A stretch of 64,000 bases of DNA. Origin: an uncultured SAR86 cluster bacterium. GTDB taxonomy: Bacteria > Pseudomonadota > Gammaproteobacteria > Magnimaribacterales > D2472. The stretch spans positions 2,753 through 66,752 of the forward strand of contig CABXFU010000005.1 in the NCBI GenBank assembly GCA_902511575.1, written 5' to 3'. This document shows positions 11,081 through 19,823 of the stretch, in pieces (position 1 is the stretch's first letter; each line of letters opens with the position of its first letter). The position numbers were made by a program, and so were the translations under genes. The notes below the pieces were generated by a model that was not told the DNA's origin, made no database searches, and saw only the letters and a program-made list of their open reading frames with translations.

Positions 11081-12346
11081 TTATCTATTTCTTGAACTTG
11101 GTAGATTTATTTTTTTTCTATATTTTGAGATTGTTCTTCGAGCTAGATTAAATCCCCGTTGATTAAGCAGATCTGAAATCTTTTGATCGCTTAATTTTTT
11201 TCTTTCCCCTGCAACTATCTTTTCAATTTCTTCCATTAATTGCATTGGGGTAACTTTTCTAGTTTTTGATACAGAGCTAGCTAACAGTGACTTCATGGAA
11301 ACAGCACCTTTGGGTGTTTGTATATATTTTGATCTTAAGATTCTAGAAACAGTTGATGCGCTAATCTCCAACTCTTTCGCTAGCTCAATATTTGATACAG
11401 GCTTTAATTCAGCAGATTTATTTGATAGAAAATCAGCCTGTATTTTGCAAATTAAGGTACCTACATTTTGTACAGTTTCATTTCTTTTGTTAATTGCCCT
11501 AATCAACCATTTTGCTTCTCCTATTTTTTCTTTTAATTCTTTACTTGCTCCATTTTTTTTATTTTTAACTAATTTTGCTAAATCTTCATCAAGGCTGATT
11601 AAAGGAAAGTTATCTTGTTTAAATTCGACATTAAGATTTTGATTATTATCAGGAACAATCTCTAAGTCAGGTTGAATAATATGCGTGGATTCAAATTCTA
11701 AACCAGGTGAAAGATCGCACTGTTTTATTTTTTCAAGAACTGATTCGATTGCATCTTCAGAGTAATGTGTCGCCAAATGAGCTTTTGCATCTTCAAAGCT
11801 AGAAAACTGTGGATTAAAAAGAATTTTATTAGCAATTTCTAAATCCTCAACTGGAATTTTCTGTTTCTTTAATTGTATAAAAATTGTTTCTTTAAAATTT
11901 CTTGCGCCAACTCCAGCCGGTTCTAGATCATGAATTATATTATTTAAGACATTTTTAATTTCTTGTATAGAGTACGCGTAATCCATCAGCTCCTCTATTT
12001 CATCTAGATCTATTTGAAGCAACCCATTTTCTTCTAGGGATTGAATAATTACTAATGCAATTTTTTTTTCTGTATCGCTAATCTTGATATCATGCAATTG
12101 ACTTTCAAGATGATCTTGCAGAGTTAAATCATTAGGCAAATTCTCTAAAAGATCCATATCATCAAACCTTGAAGTTGACTCATTATCAAAATCCTTTTTA
12201 AGAAAAGGATTCTCTTCAATCTCATTGTTAATTTTATTAATAATTTCAAGCCTTGAAAGCTGCAGAAGATCGATTGATTTTTTTAATTGTGGAGTTATTG
12301 ATAACTGTTGATTTTGTTTAAATTCTCTTACAAGCTTAATTGCCAT
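11081..12346 (-). CDS. rpoN: RNA polymerase sigma-54 factor
   Basis: Region I (QQLSITPQLKKSIDLLQLS), EPAGVGAR, HTH STVSR, RpoN box ARRTISKYR; downstream of lptB. Confidence 0.95.
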   Translation of the reverse strand: MAIKLVREFKQNQQLSITPQLKKSIDLLQLSRLEIINKINNEIEENPFLKKDFDNESTSRFDDMDLLENLPNDLTLQDHLESQLHDIKISDTEKKIALVIIQSLEENGLLQIDLDEIEELMDYAYSIQEIKNVLNNIIHDLEPAGVGARNFKETIFIQLKKQKIPVEDLEIANKILFNPQFSSFEDAKAHLATHYSEDAIESVLEKIKQCDLSPGLEFESTHIIQPDLEIVPDNNQNLNVEFKQDNFPLISLDEDLAKLVKNKKNGASKELKEKIGEAKWLIRAINKRNETVQNVGTLICKIQADFLSNKSAELKPVSNIELAKELEISASTVSRILRSKYIQTPKGAVSMKSLLASSVSKTRKVTPMQLMEEIEKIVAGERKKLSDQKISDLLNQRGFNLARRTISKYRKKINLPSSRNR

Positions 12347-12349
12347 CTT

Positions 12350-13075
12350 TTAAGAAAACATTTTGCCAAAATATTTCTGCCGCACATGATCATTCTCTTT
12401 TAAACTTTTTTCATTACCCTCAGCAATAATACTTCCTTCACTGAGGATAATAGCTTTATGGCATAAGCTTAAGGTTTCTCTCACATTATGATCAGTTATT
12501 AAAATCGAAATATTTTTCTTACAAATCGTTTTAAGCAATTCTTTGATTTCTTCAACAGCAATTGGGTCTATGCCAGCAAAAGGCTCATCTAGAAGGATAA
12601 TACTAGGTTCACAAATTAAAGTACGGGCTATCTCAACTTTTCTCCTTTGTCCACCAGATAACATTCTTCCCTTCAATTGAAGAATTTTGCTTAAATCAAA
12701 CTCATCGATAATTTTAGCTACTTTTTCAAATGTTTGATTTTTATCATTATTAGATAATTCTGCGATTCCCAAAAGATTATTTTCAACACTTAAATCTGTA
12801 AATATCGATGCTTCTTGAGGTAAATAGCCTAGCCCAAGTTTAGCTCGAGAGTGCATAGGTATTTCTGTAACATCTTTATTATTAATAAATACTCTGCCCT
12901 GATCCGGAAAAATTAGGCCGGCTGCTATGTAAAAAGCTGTTGTCTTACCAGCTCCATTTGGACCGAGCAAACCTACAATCTCATTTGAGCCAATTGAGAA
13001 ACTAACATCTGAAAGAATCTTTTTAGAGCCAATTGTCTTTTCAATATTAGCTAGACTTATTTGATCGTTATTCAT
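12350..13075 (-). CDS. lptB: LPS export ABC ATPase LptB
   Basis: GLLGPNGAGKTT, YLPQEASIF, LSGG, DEPFAGIDP, ITDHNVRETL. Confidence 0.97.
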   Translation of the reverse strand: MNNDQISLANIEKTIGSKKILSDVSFSIGSNEIVGLLGPNGAGKTTAFYIAAGLIFPDQGRVFINNKDVTEIPMHSRAKLGLGYLPQEASIFTDLSVENNLLGIAELSNNDKNQTFEKVAKIIDEFDLSKILQLKGRMLSGGQRRKVEIARTLICEPSIILLDEPFAGIDPIAVEEIKELLKTICKKNISILITDHNVRETLSLCHKAIILSEGSIIAEGNEKSLKENDHVRQKYFGKMFS

Positions 13076-13469
13076 TTGGACTAATTTGATATGAAATAAG
13101 ATTAGATGTTATTGAATTACCTTTGTTCAAGAGCTTTGCATTTCCAATTAAATCCATTGATTTATTTGGATATATAACAAATATCTCAGCCTCACCATTT
13201 ACGGCATTAGATTTAATAGTTGCAGGCTTTCCATATATTTCCAATTTTTTGTCTTTTTGACTGAGGAGAGCATCGGAGCCTTTGATGATGTATCCATCAA
13301 TTATTATCTTAATATTATTTTTAAAAGCTAACTGCCTAATTTCTTCATCAATTGTAACTTGATCTGCTTGAATTGAAATATTTTGAAAGCTAACACTCTC
13401 TTCCGCAGTTAAAACAGGAAGAAAAAAACATCCAAATATAATTGATAAAATTTTGTACCTTTTAGACAT
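13068..13469 (-). CDS. lptA: LptA/OstA-family periplasmic LPS transport protein (short)
   Basis: Signal peptide, ISIQAD, LIGNAKL...ITSNLISY; directly upstream of lptB. Confidence 0.75.
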   Translation of the reverse strand: MSKRYKILSIIFGCFFLPVLTAEESVSFQNISIQADQVTIDEEIRQLAFKNNIKIIIDGYIIKGSDALLSQKDKKLEIYGKPATIKSNAVNGEAEIFVIYPNKSMDLIGNAKLLNKGNSITSNLISYQISPNE

Positions 13470-13479
13470 TTTCTTTATT

Positions 13480-14454
13480 TTAAATGATGCCTGCTTCTAG
13501 TAGCTGATGCATGGTAATAAGGCCTATGCTATCTCCTTTGGTTGTTGAGGAATTTACAACCAAGCTAAAAATTTTATTTTTTTCCATCATGTCAGCAGCA
13601 TCAATAGCAAGAGCATTGCTTTTAATACTTTTAAAATTAGCAGTCATGACATCCTTAATTGGAGTTTTAATTAAATCTACTTCGTTGTTCAGGCATCTTC
13701 TTAGATCGCCATCCGTAAAAATCCCAGTAATTTTTTTATTATGTGTAACCAAAGTTACCCCAAGCTTCTTTTCAGTTACCTCCATCAATGCATCTTTTAA
13801 AAATGTGGCTTGATCAACCACTGGTGCTTTTTCATGCATTACTGCTAAATCTTGAACTAGTGTTGTGAGTTTTTTACCAAGTTGTCCGGCTGGGTGAGAT
13901 TTTGCAAAATCATCTTTACCGAAACCTCGAGCTTCCAACAAGGCTATTGCAAGCGCATCTCCAAACACCAAAGCAATTGTAGTTGATGAGGTTGGAGCTA
14001 GATCTAATGGGCAGGCTTCCTCATCTGCATTTATTACTAAATTAATTTTTCCAGCCTTTGCGATAGTTGATTGATTGTTATTAGTTAGCGTAAAAATATT
14101 TGCAGTTGAGCGTTTTAATGCAGGTAAAATTTCAATGATCTCCTTAGTTTCTCCTGAGTTAGATAAAATTAAGATAGCATCTTGCTTGCTGATCATCCCC
14201 AAATCACCATGAGCCGCTTCAGTTGGATGTATAAAAAATGATGAAGTCCCGGTGCTTGATAATGTTGCTGAGATTTTTTGAGCTATATGACCAGATTTAC
14301 CAATCCCCATTAAAATTAATTTTCCTTTAGTATCAAGAATTTTTGTGCATAGATCATCAAAATCAGACTGTATCTGATTGCCTAAACTCTTAACAGCCTT
14401 TGACTCTATTTCAATAACCTTTAGAGCCGAGTTGATAAAATTCTTATCTTTCAT
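13480..14454 (-). CDS. kdsD: Arabinose-5-phosphate isomerase (KpsF/GutQ family)
   Basis: GIGKSGHIA, HPTEAAHGDLG, APTSSTT, HPAGQLGK; SIS domain plus CBS pair. Confidence 0.96.
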   Translation of the reverse strand: MKDKNFINSALKVIEIESKAVKSLGNQIQSDFDDLCTKILDTKGKLILMGIGKSGHIAQKISATLSSTGTSSFFIHPTEAAHGDLGMISKQDAILILSNSGETKEIIEILPALKRSTANIFTLTNNNQSTIAKAGKINLVINADEEACPLDLAPTSSTTIALVFGDALAIALLEARGFGKDDFAKSHPAGQLGKKLTTLVQDLAVMHEKAPVVDQATFLKDALMEVTEKKLGVTLVTHNKKITGIFTDGDLRRCLNNEVDLIKTPIKDVMTANFKSIKSNALAIDAADMMEKNKIFSLVVNSSTTKGDSIGLITMHQLLEAGII

Positions 14455-14479
14455 ATTGCATTTATAGTTTTTTTCCTAA

Positions 14480-14488
14480 TGTTATAAT
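14480..14488 (+). promoter_or_regulatory. Extended -10 promoter (TGnTATAAT), probably giving a leaderless mlaC mRNA
   Basis: TGTTATAAT at 14480-14488, 6 nt before the ATG at 14495, with no Shine-Dalgarno. Confidence 0.55.
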
Positions 14489-14494
14489 ACCTTT

Positions 14495-15109
14495 ATGAAT
14501 ACTACTTTGAAATCTCTAGCTTTTTTGCTCGGAATTTTATGCTTTCCTATTAATGTGGATAGCGCATCCAACCCTCACCAATTTATTGATTCCCAAGCAC
14601 AAGAAATGGTTTCTATTATTAGGAATAATCAAGATCTTTATGCTAAAGATCCTGAGTTATTTAAAGATAAGATTAATGTAGTTTTTGAACCAATGGTTGA
14701 TTTTAGAAGGGTTGGTGCAAGTGTTATGGGTAAAAAATATTATCTTGCTGCCTCTTCATCACAAAGGCTTCAATTTATTCGGTCTTTTAAAAATTCTTTG
14801 CTTGATACATATTCTTCAACCTTGGCTCAATGGGGAGATCAAAAAATTATTACCATTTTTCCAGAGGTATCAGAGTTTAAAAAAACTGAGGATGTCCAGC
14901 AAAATTTAATTACTTCTAGCAACATTTACCCAATAACCTATAAAGTAAGAAAAGATAAAAATGGAAATTGGTTAATTATTAATATAATTGTAAATGGAGT
15001 GAACTTAGGCCTAACTTTTAGAAATCAATTCCAGGCTCTTGCAAAAGAGCATGATGAAAATATTGATGAGATCATAAAGCATTGGACATCTGATGCTAAT
15101 CTTGATTAA
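14495..15109 (+). CDS. mlaC: Phospholipid-binding periplasmic protein MlaC/Ttg2D
   Basis: PMVDF...VMGK, WLIINIIVNGVNLGLTFRNQF; position before bolA-murA. Confidence 0.9.
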   Translation: MNTTLKSLAFLLGILCFPINVDSASNPHQFIDSQAQEMVSIIRNNQDLYAKDPELFKDKINVVFEPMVDFRRVGASVMGKKYYLAASSSQRLQFIRSFKNSLLDTYSSTLAQWGDQKIITIFPEVSEFKKTEDVQQNLITSSNIYPITYKVRKDKNGNWLIINIIVNGVNLGLTFRNQFQALAKEHDENIDEIIKHWTSDANLD

Positions 15110-15130
15110 TCTCCTGCTAGAAATTATCAA

Positions 15131-15352
15131 ATGGACATAACTAATTTTCTTAAATCAAAATTTCCAGAAGCTGAGATATCTTTTGATGGAGAGGATTGCA
15201 ATTCAAAGGTTTTGATTGTGAGCAAACAATTTGAGGGCTTAACCTCTCTTCAAAGACATAAGTTGGTTTTAGGCGTTTTAAGAGAGCAATTTCAAACAGG
15301 TGAGCTTCATGCTCTGAGTTTAAATACAAAATCTCCATCTGAAATAGGATAA
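15131..15352 (+). CDS. ibaG: BolA/IbaG family protein
   Basis: IVSKQFEG...QRHKLV...LHALS; directly upstream of murA. Confidence 0.88.
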   Translation: MDITNFLKSKFPEAEISFDGEDCNSKVLIVSKQFEGLTSLQRHKLVLGVLREQFQTGELHALSLNTKSPSEIG

Positions 15353-15354
15353 TC

Positions 15355-16614
15355 ATGGAAAAATTAAAGATTATTGGTGGTAAAAAACTCTCAGGTTCTA
15401 TTTCTTGCTCTGGTGCAAAAAATGCAGCCTTACCAATGTTGGCCGCAACAATATTAAGTGACAAACCCATCACTTTCAAAAATTTACCTTACCTGCAAGA
15501 CATTACAACTATGTTTGAAATCTTAGGCTCCATGGGAGCTGATATAACCTTAAATGAAAATATGGATTTCATTATTTCTACATCTCATTTGCATGACTAT
15601 GAGGCTAGATATGAGCTAGTCAAGACCATGCGTGCTTCAATTTTGGTTCTTGGTTCGCTTGTAGCTCGTCATGGATTCGCAAGAATTGCACTCCCTGGGG
15701 GCTGCGCGATTGGTACTAGGCCAGTAGATTTTCATTTGGATGCGCTAGAAAAACTGGGAGCTAAAATTGAATTAAAAAATGGCTATATTGAAGCTACTTC
15801 TAAAAAATTAATTGGGTGCGAAATTAATTTTCCAGGAGTTTCTGTAACTGGAACAGAGAATATCATGATGGCTGCAGTACTTGCTAAAGGTCAGACTGTT
15901 TTAAGAAATGTTGCAAAAGAACCTGAGGTAGAAGATTTAGCAAACTTTCTTAATTCAATGGGAGCTAAAATCATCGGAGCTGGAACTGATGAAATTATCA
16001 TTGATGGTGTTGAGAACCTAGATGGGACGGAATTTTCAATTCCAGCTGACAGGATAGAGGCTGGAACTTACTTAATTGCTGCAGCCATAACTGGTGGTGA
16101 TGTAACCATTTCAAATGTTCAGGCTCCTCGCATGAATAATATTTTAGACAAATTAAAATTAAGCGGAGCTTCAGTTATAGTAGGCGATGATACCATCCAA
16201 TTGATCATGGAAAATGATTCCATTTTGCCAGTCGATATCTCAACAGCTCCGTTTCCAGGATTTCCAACAGATATGCAAGCACAATTTACTGTGTTAAATG
16301 CATTATCTGAGGGCTCATCAGTTGTTACAGAAAATGTATTTGAAAATAGATTTATGCATGTGCAAGAGTTAAATAGAATGGGTTGTGATATTACAGTTAA
16401 AGGAAGCAATGCATTTATCAAGGGAGTTAATGCGTTAAATGGAGCACCGGTAATGGCTACAGATTTGCGTGCATCTGCAAGCTTAATTTTGGCAGGGTTG
16501 TGTGCCAAGGGCGAGACCATTGTAGACCGTATCTATCACATTGATAGGGGATACGAAAGGATTGAGGAGAAGTTATCATATCTTGGAGCAGATATTACAA
16601 GGCTGCCTAATTAG
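15355..16614 (+). CDS. murA: UDP-N-acetylglucosamine 1-carboxyvinyltransferase
   Basis: GAKNAALP, LPGGCAIGTRP (catalytic Cys), FPTDMQAQ, YHIDRGYE. Confidence 0.98.
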   Translation: MEKLKIIGGKKLSGSISCSGAKNAALPMLAATILSDKPITFKNLPYLQDITTMFEILGSMGADITLNENMDFIISTSHLHDYEARYELVKTMRASILVLGSLVARHGFARIALPGGCAIGTRPVDFHLDALEKLGAKIELKNGYIEATSKKLIGCEINFPGVSVTGTENIMMAAVLAKGQTVLRNVAKEPEVEDLANFLNSMGAKIIGAGTDEIIIDGVENLDGTEFSIPADRIEAGTYLIAAAITGGDVTISNVQAPRMNNILDKLKLSGASVIVGDDTIQLIMENDSILPVDISTAPFPGFPTDMQAQFTVLNALSEGSSVVTENVFENRFMHVQELNRMGCDITVKGSNAFIKGVNALNGAPVMATDLRASASLILAGLCAKGETIVDRIYHIDRGYERIEEKLSYLGADITRLPN

Positions 16615-16648
16615 TAGCGCTTTTCTCAGAAACAATTATCATATTTAG

Positions 16649-16705
16649 TGCATCAATAGACTTGAACTCACGAAATATTTCCGTGATAACTATTGAGTGC
16701 AGGAG
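16649..16705 (+). promoter_or_regulatory. Structured 5' leader (two-stem hairpin with internal loop) abutting the metF RBS; candidate cis-regulatory RNA
   Basis: TGCA-TCAATAG (16649-16659) pairs with CTATTGA-G-TGCA (16690-16701); inner TCACG/CGTGA stem; AGGAG at 16701-16705. Confidence 0.5.
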
Positions 16706-16713
16706 AAATAAAA

Positions 16714-17574
16714 ATGTTTAACACAAATGATTTTATATTTACCTCAGAAACGACTCCTGATGTAACGACTGATTTAACAGCATGCGTACAACAGGTTGAA
16801 GAGCTTATTGGTGTTGCAGATGGTGTAAATGTTACAGATTCACCAAACTGCAAGAGTCGTTTGAATAGCTTGTTAGTTGCCTCAGAGATTAAAAGGAGCG
16901 GTTTAGATGTTATTTTGCAACTAACTGGAAGAGATAGAAATCAGATTGCCCTTGAGTCAGTGTTATTAGGCGCACTGTCAGTTGGCATCAATAAAGTTCT
17001 TTGTTTAAGTGGAGATCAGCCAGATGAGAATGGACCAGCTGTTGTAAATGAATTTAATGGCAATGGGCTGATTAAGTTATGCAAGGTCATCGCAGGAGGT
17101 GCTTTATCTGACGGCACAGCAATCAAAAATCCATTACCCATTTACCCAGGTGCTGCGGATGACTTGTATACTCAAATTTCAAAACCAGATGCACTAGATA
17201 AATTAGTTACAAAAATAGAACAGGGAGCAAGCTTTGTTCAAACTCAATATTGTTTTGATTATGATGTCATTAAACAATATTCAGAAAAATTAAACACCCA
17301 AGGCTCCTTTAAAAATTGCAAAGTTATAATCGGAATGGGGCCTTTAAAATCAGCTAAACAGGCTGACTGGATGCGTAAAAATTTATGGGGTGTAAACATC
17401 TCTGATGAAATTCTTAAACGCCTTGAGGATAGTGGATCACCAGCAGAAACTGGTGAAGCAATTTGCCAAGAGTTGATAGAAAAAATTATGGATCTACCAT
17501 GTATTGATGGGGTTCATCTGATGGGTCCAAGCTGTGAGAAGAGTTCGGCTAGAATAATCTCATACTTTAAATAG
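16714..17574 (+). CDS. metF: Methylenetetrahydrofolate reductase family protein (MetF-like, divergent from E. coli MetF)
   Basis: VNVTD, QLTGRDRN, LCLSGD, GASFVQTQ, GVHLM. Start placed at ATG 16714, 8 nt after AGGAG, rather than TTG 16693. Confidence 0.85.
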   Translation: MFNTNDFIFTSETTPDVTTDLTACVQQVEELIGVADGVNVTDSPNCKSRLNSLLVASEIKRSGLDVILQLTGRDRNQIALESVLLGALSVGINKVLCLSGDQPDENGPAVVNEFNGNGLIKLCKVIAGGALSDGTAIKNPLPIYPGAADDLYTQISKPDALDKLVTKIEQGASFVQTQYCFDYDVIKQYSEKLNTQGSFKNCKVIIGMGPLKSAKQADWMRKNLWGVNISDEILKRLEDSGSPAETGEAICQELIEKIMDLPCIDGVHLMGPSCEKSSARIISYFK

Positions 17575-17580
17575 AAAAAT

Positions 17581-17979
17581 TTGAATAAAGATAATTTAAA
17601 ATTAATATTGGATGAGGTTAAATCTATTGCCATAGTTGGCGTTAGCTCTAACCCAGAAAGAGATAGTTACAAAGTGATGAAATTTCTTCAAGATTATGGT
17701 TTTAAAGTATTCCCAGTTAATCCAAAGTTGGTTAATTCTAAAATTCTAGATCAAGAATGCTATTCAAGCCTTGATGCTATAGAGGAAAAAGTTGATATGG
17801 TGGATGTATTCCGAGCTATAGAACATATTCCCAGCATTGCAAATGAGGCAATAAATATTAAAGCAAAAATCTTATGGACCCAAGAAGGCTTGTATAGTGA
17901 AGAAGCAAAATATTTAGGAGAAAGTGCTGGATTAAAAGTGGTTATGGACCAATGTCCAAAAAAAATTCTTAAAAATTAA
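17581..17979 (+). CDS. CoA-binding protein (YccU family)
   Basis: IAIVGVSSNPERDS, PVNP, VDMVDVFR, WTQEG, VVMDQC. Confidence 0.92.
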   Translation: MNKDNLKLILDEVKSIAIVGVSSNPERDSYKVMKFLQDYGFKVFPVNPKLVNSKILDQECYSSLDAIEEKVDMVDVFRAIEHIPSIANEAINIKAKILWTQEGLYSEEAKYLGESAGLKVVMDQCPKKILKN

Positions 17980-17990
17980 TTAATCAGATT

Positions 17991-18797
17991 ATGAATAAAA
18001 AGATAAAAGATATTTTGCAGGTTGACCAAACCCAACCAGATATTCTACGTTTGATTTTGAATGATCCTAATAATAAAAATGCTCTCTCAGACAAGATGAT
18101 GCAACAACTTCAAGATCTCATAGTTGAGGCATCATCAAATGATTCGGTCAAGGTGATTATCATTGCAGCCGTCGGCGATGTTTTTTGTTCAGGGCATAAC
18201 TTAAAAGATATAACAGCAGCCAGAGACAACTCAGATTCTGGGAAAGAATACCTTTCCGATCTCTTTAATTTATGCTCTTCATTAATGCAGATAATAACCA
18301 CATGCTCAAAACCAGTCATCGCAGAAATCAATGGGGTAGCAACTGCCGCTGGTTGCCAATTAGTTGCTAGTTGCGACTTAGCCATAGCCTCTGATCTATC
18401 AAAGTTTGCAACACCAGGAGTCAATATAGGTTTATTTTGCTCAACTCCAATGGTTGCACTCTCAAGAAATGTTAGCAAAAAAGATGCAATGAAAATGCTG
18501 CTTACAGGCGATATGATTGATGCAGCCGAAGCCAAGAGAATATCCCTAATTAATGATCATGTCTCCCCTGAAAAACTAAATGAAAGCGTTATGTCTCTTG
18601 CAAAGAAAATTGCAAATAAGCCTCTTTCCACGGTAAAAATTGGTAAAGAAGCTTTTTATCGACAGCATGAAATGAATCTCACCGAAGCATATGTATACAC
18701 GTCAAAAGTAATGACTGAAAACTCTCTAGCAGATGATGCAAAGGAGGGCATTGCTTCGTTTTTAGAAAAACGAGATCCCATCTGGAAAGATGAGTGA
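17991..18797 (+). CDS. Enoyl-CoA hydratase/isomerase (crotonase superfamily)
   Basis: FCSGHNLK, ATAAGCQLVASCDLA, TPGVNIGLFCSTP. Confidence 0.92.
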   Translation: MNKKIKDILQVDQTQPDILRLILNDPNNKNALSDKMMQQLQDLIVEASSNDSVKVIIIAAVGDVFCSGHNLKDITAARDNSDSGKEYLSDLFNLCSSLMQIITTCSKPVIAEINGVATAAGCQLVASCDLAIASDLSKFATPGVNIGLFCSTPMVALSRNVSKKDAMKMLLTGDMIDAAEAKRISLINDHVSPEKLNESVMSLAKKIANKPLSTVKIGKEAFYRQHEMNLTEAYVYTSKVMTENSLADDAKEGIASFLEKRDPIWKDE

Positions 18798-18798
18798 C

Positions 18799-19803
18799 CT
18801 ATTGAGCGGGAATAGCCTCTGTCACAACTTTGTAATCCTTTAGATTAGAGTTTTGTAATATTTGGAAGTCGATCTCATCTCCTGGAAAGGAATTTTTTAA
18901 AGCGCCAGTTAAATTTTCCCATGTTGGTGATTCATTGTTGATGGATAAGATTATTGCTCCTGGCTTTATTTTTCCGCTATTAAAAAGTGGCCCATAATTT
19001 CTGAGTTCCAATATCTCTAAACCATAGGTAGGATTATTGTTTAATAAGAACCTTTTCACCTTAACTCTAAAATCTCCAATCCACGATCGTTTGACTGAAC
19101 CATACTGAATAATCTCCGAGGCAACTTCAATCATTTTATTTGCTGGAAGAGCAAAGCCAATTCCTGCATAAGAGCCAGTCTGAGAAAAAATTTTTGTATT
19201 CATGCCAATAAGGTTACCTTTGTGATTGATCAATGCTCCACCAGAATTTCCTGGATTAATTGCTGCATCAGTCTGAATAAGCTCAAGATATGGATTTCCA
19301 TAATCTCTTCCAGTTGCACTAATAATTCCACTGGTAAAAGTTTTTCCTAAACCAAATGCATTTCCAATAGCTATCACTTGATCACCTATTTGCACTGATG
19401 AGCTGTTTGATACCTCAATAGGTTGTAGTGTATCTATTGGAGTAATTTTGATCACTGCAAGATCAGAACGCTCATCAAAACCAATCAAGGACGCTGTATA
19501 AACTTGCCCATCATCTAGTTCTACTTCAATAATTCTAGTGCCTTCAATCACATGAAGATTGGTAATAATATATCCGTCATTAGAAATAATAATTCCAGAG
19601 CCCATAAGATCATTTGGCAGCCTTCCGTTAAATGATCTAGTATCAATATTTTTCTTTGAGCTGATATTAATTACAGAGGGAGATGCCTTCGCGATTGCTG
19701 CTCCATAACCATCGCTATTCGACATATTTGTATAAAGATATGTCAGAATACCAACCAAGATTAAAAAATTTATCCTTGAAAGTTTATTATTAAAAAATTT
19801 CAT
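18799..19803 (-). CDS. degS: HtrA-family serine protease with one PDZ domain (DegS/AlgW-like)
   Basis: TNLHV, DLAVIKI, QTDAAINPGNSGGAL triad; N-terminal TM; divergent from zapE. Confidence 0.85.
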   Translation of the reverse strand: MKFFNNKLSRINFLILVGILTYLYTNMSNSDGYGAAIAKASPSVINISSKKNIDTRSFNGRLPNDLMGSGIIISNDGYIITNLHVIEGTRIIEVELDDGQVYTASLIGFDERSDLAVIKITPIDTLQPIEVSNSSSVQIGDQVIAIGNAFGLGKTFTSGIISATGRDYGNPYLELIQTDAAINPGNSGGALINHKGNLIGMNTKIFSQTGSYAGIGFALPANKMIEVASEIIQYGSVKRSWIGDFRVKVKRFLLNNNPTYGLEILELRNYGPLFNSGKIKPGAIILSINNESPTWENLTGALKNSFPGDEIDFQILQNSNLKDYKVVTEAIPAQ

Positions 19804-19823
19804 ATGATCATTAAATCAATAAT

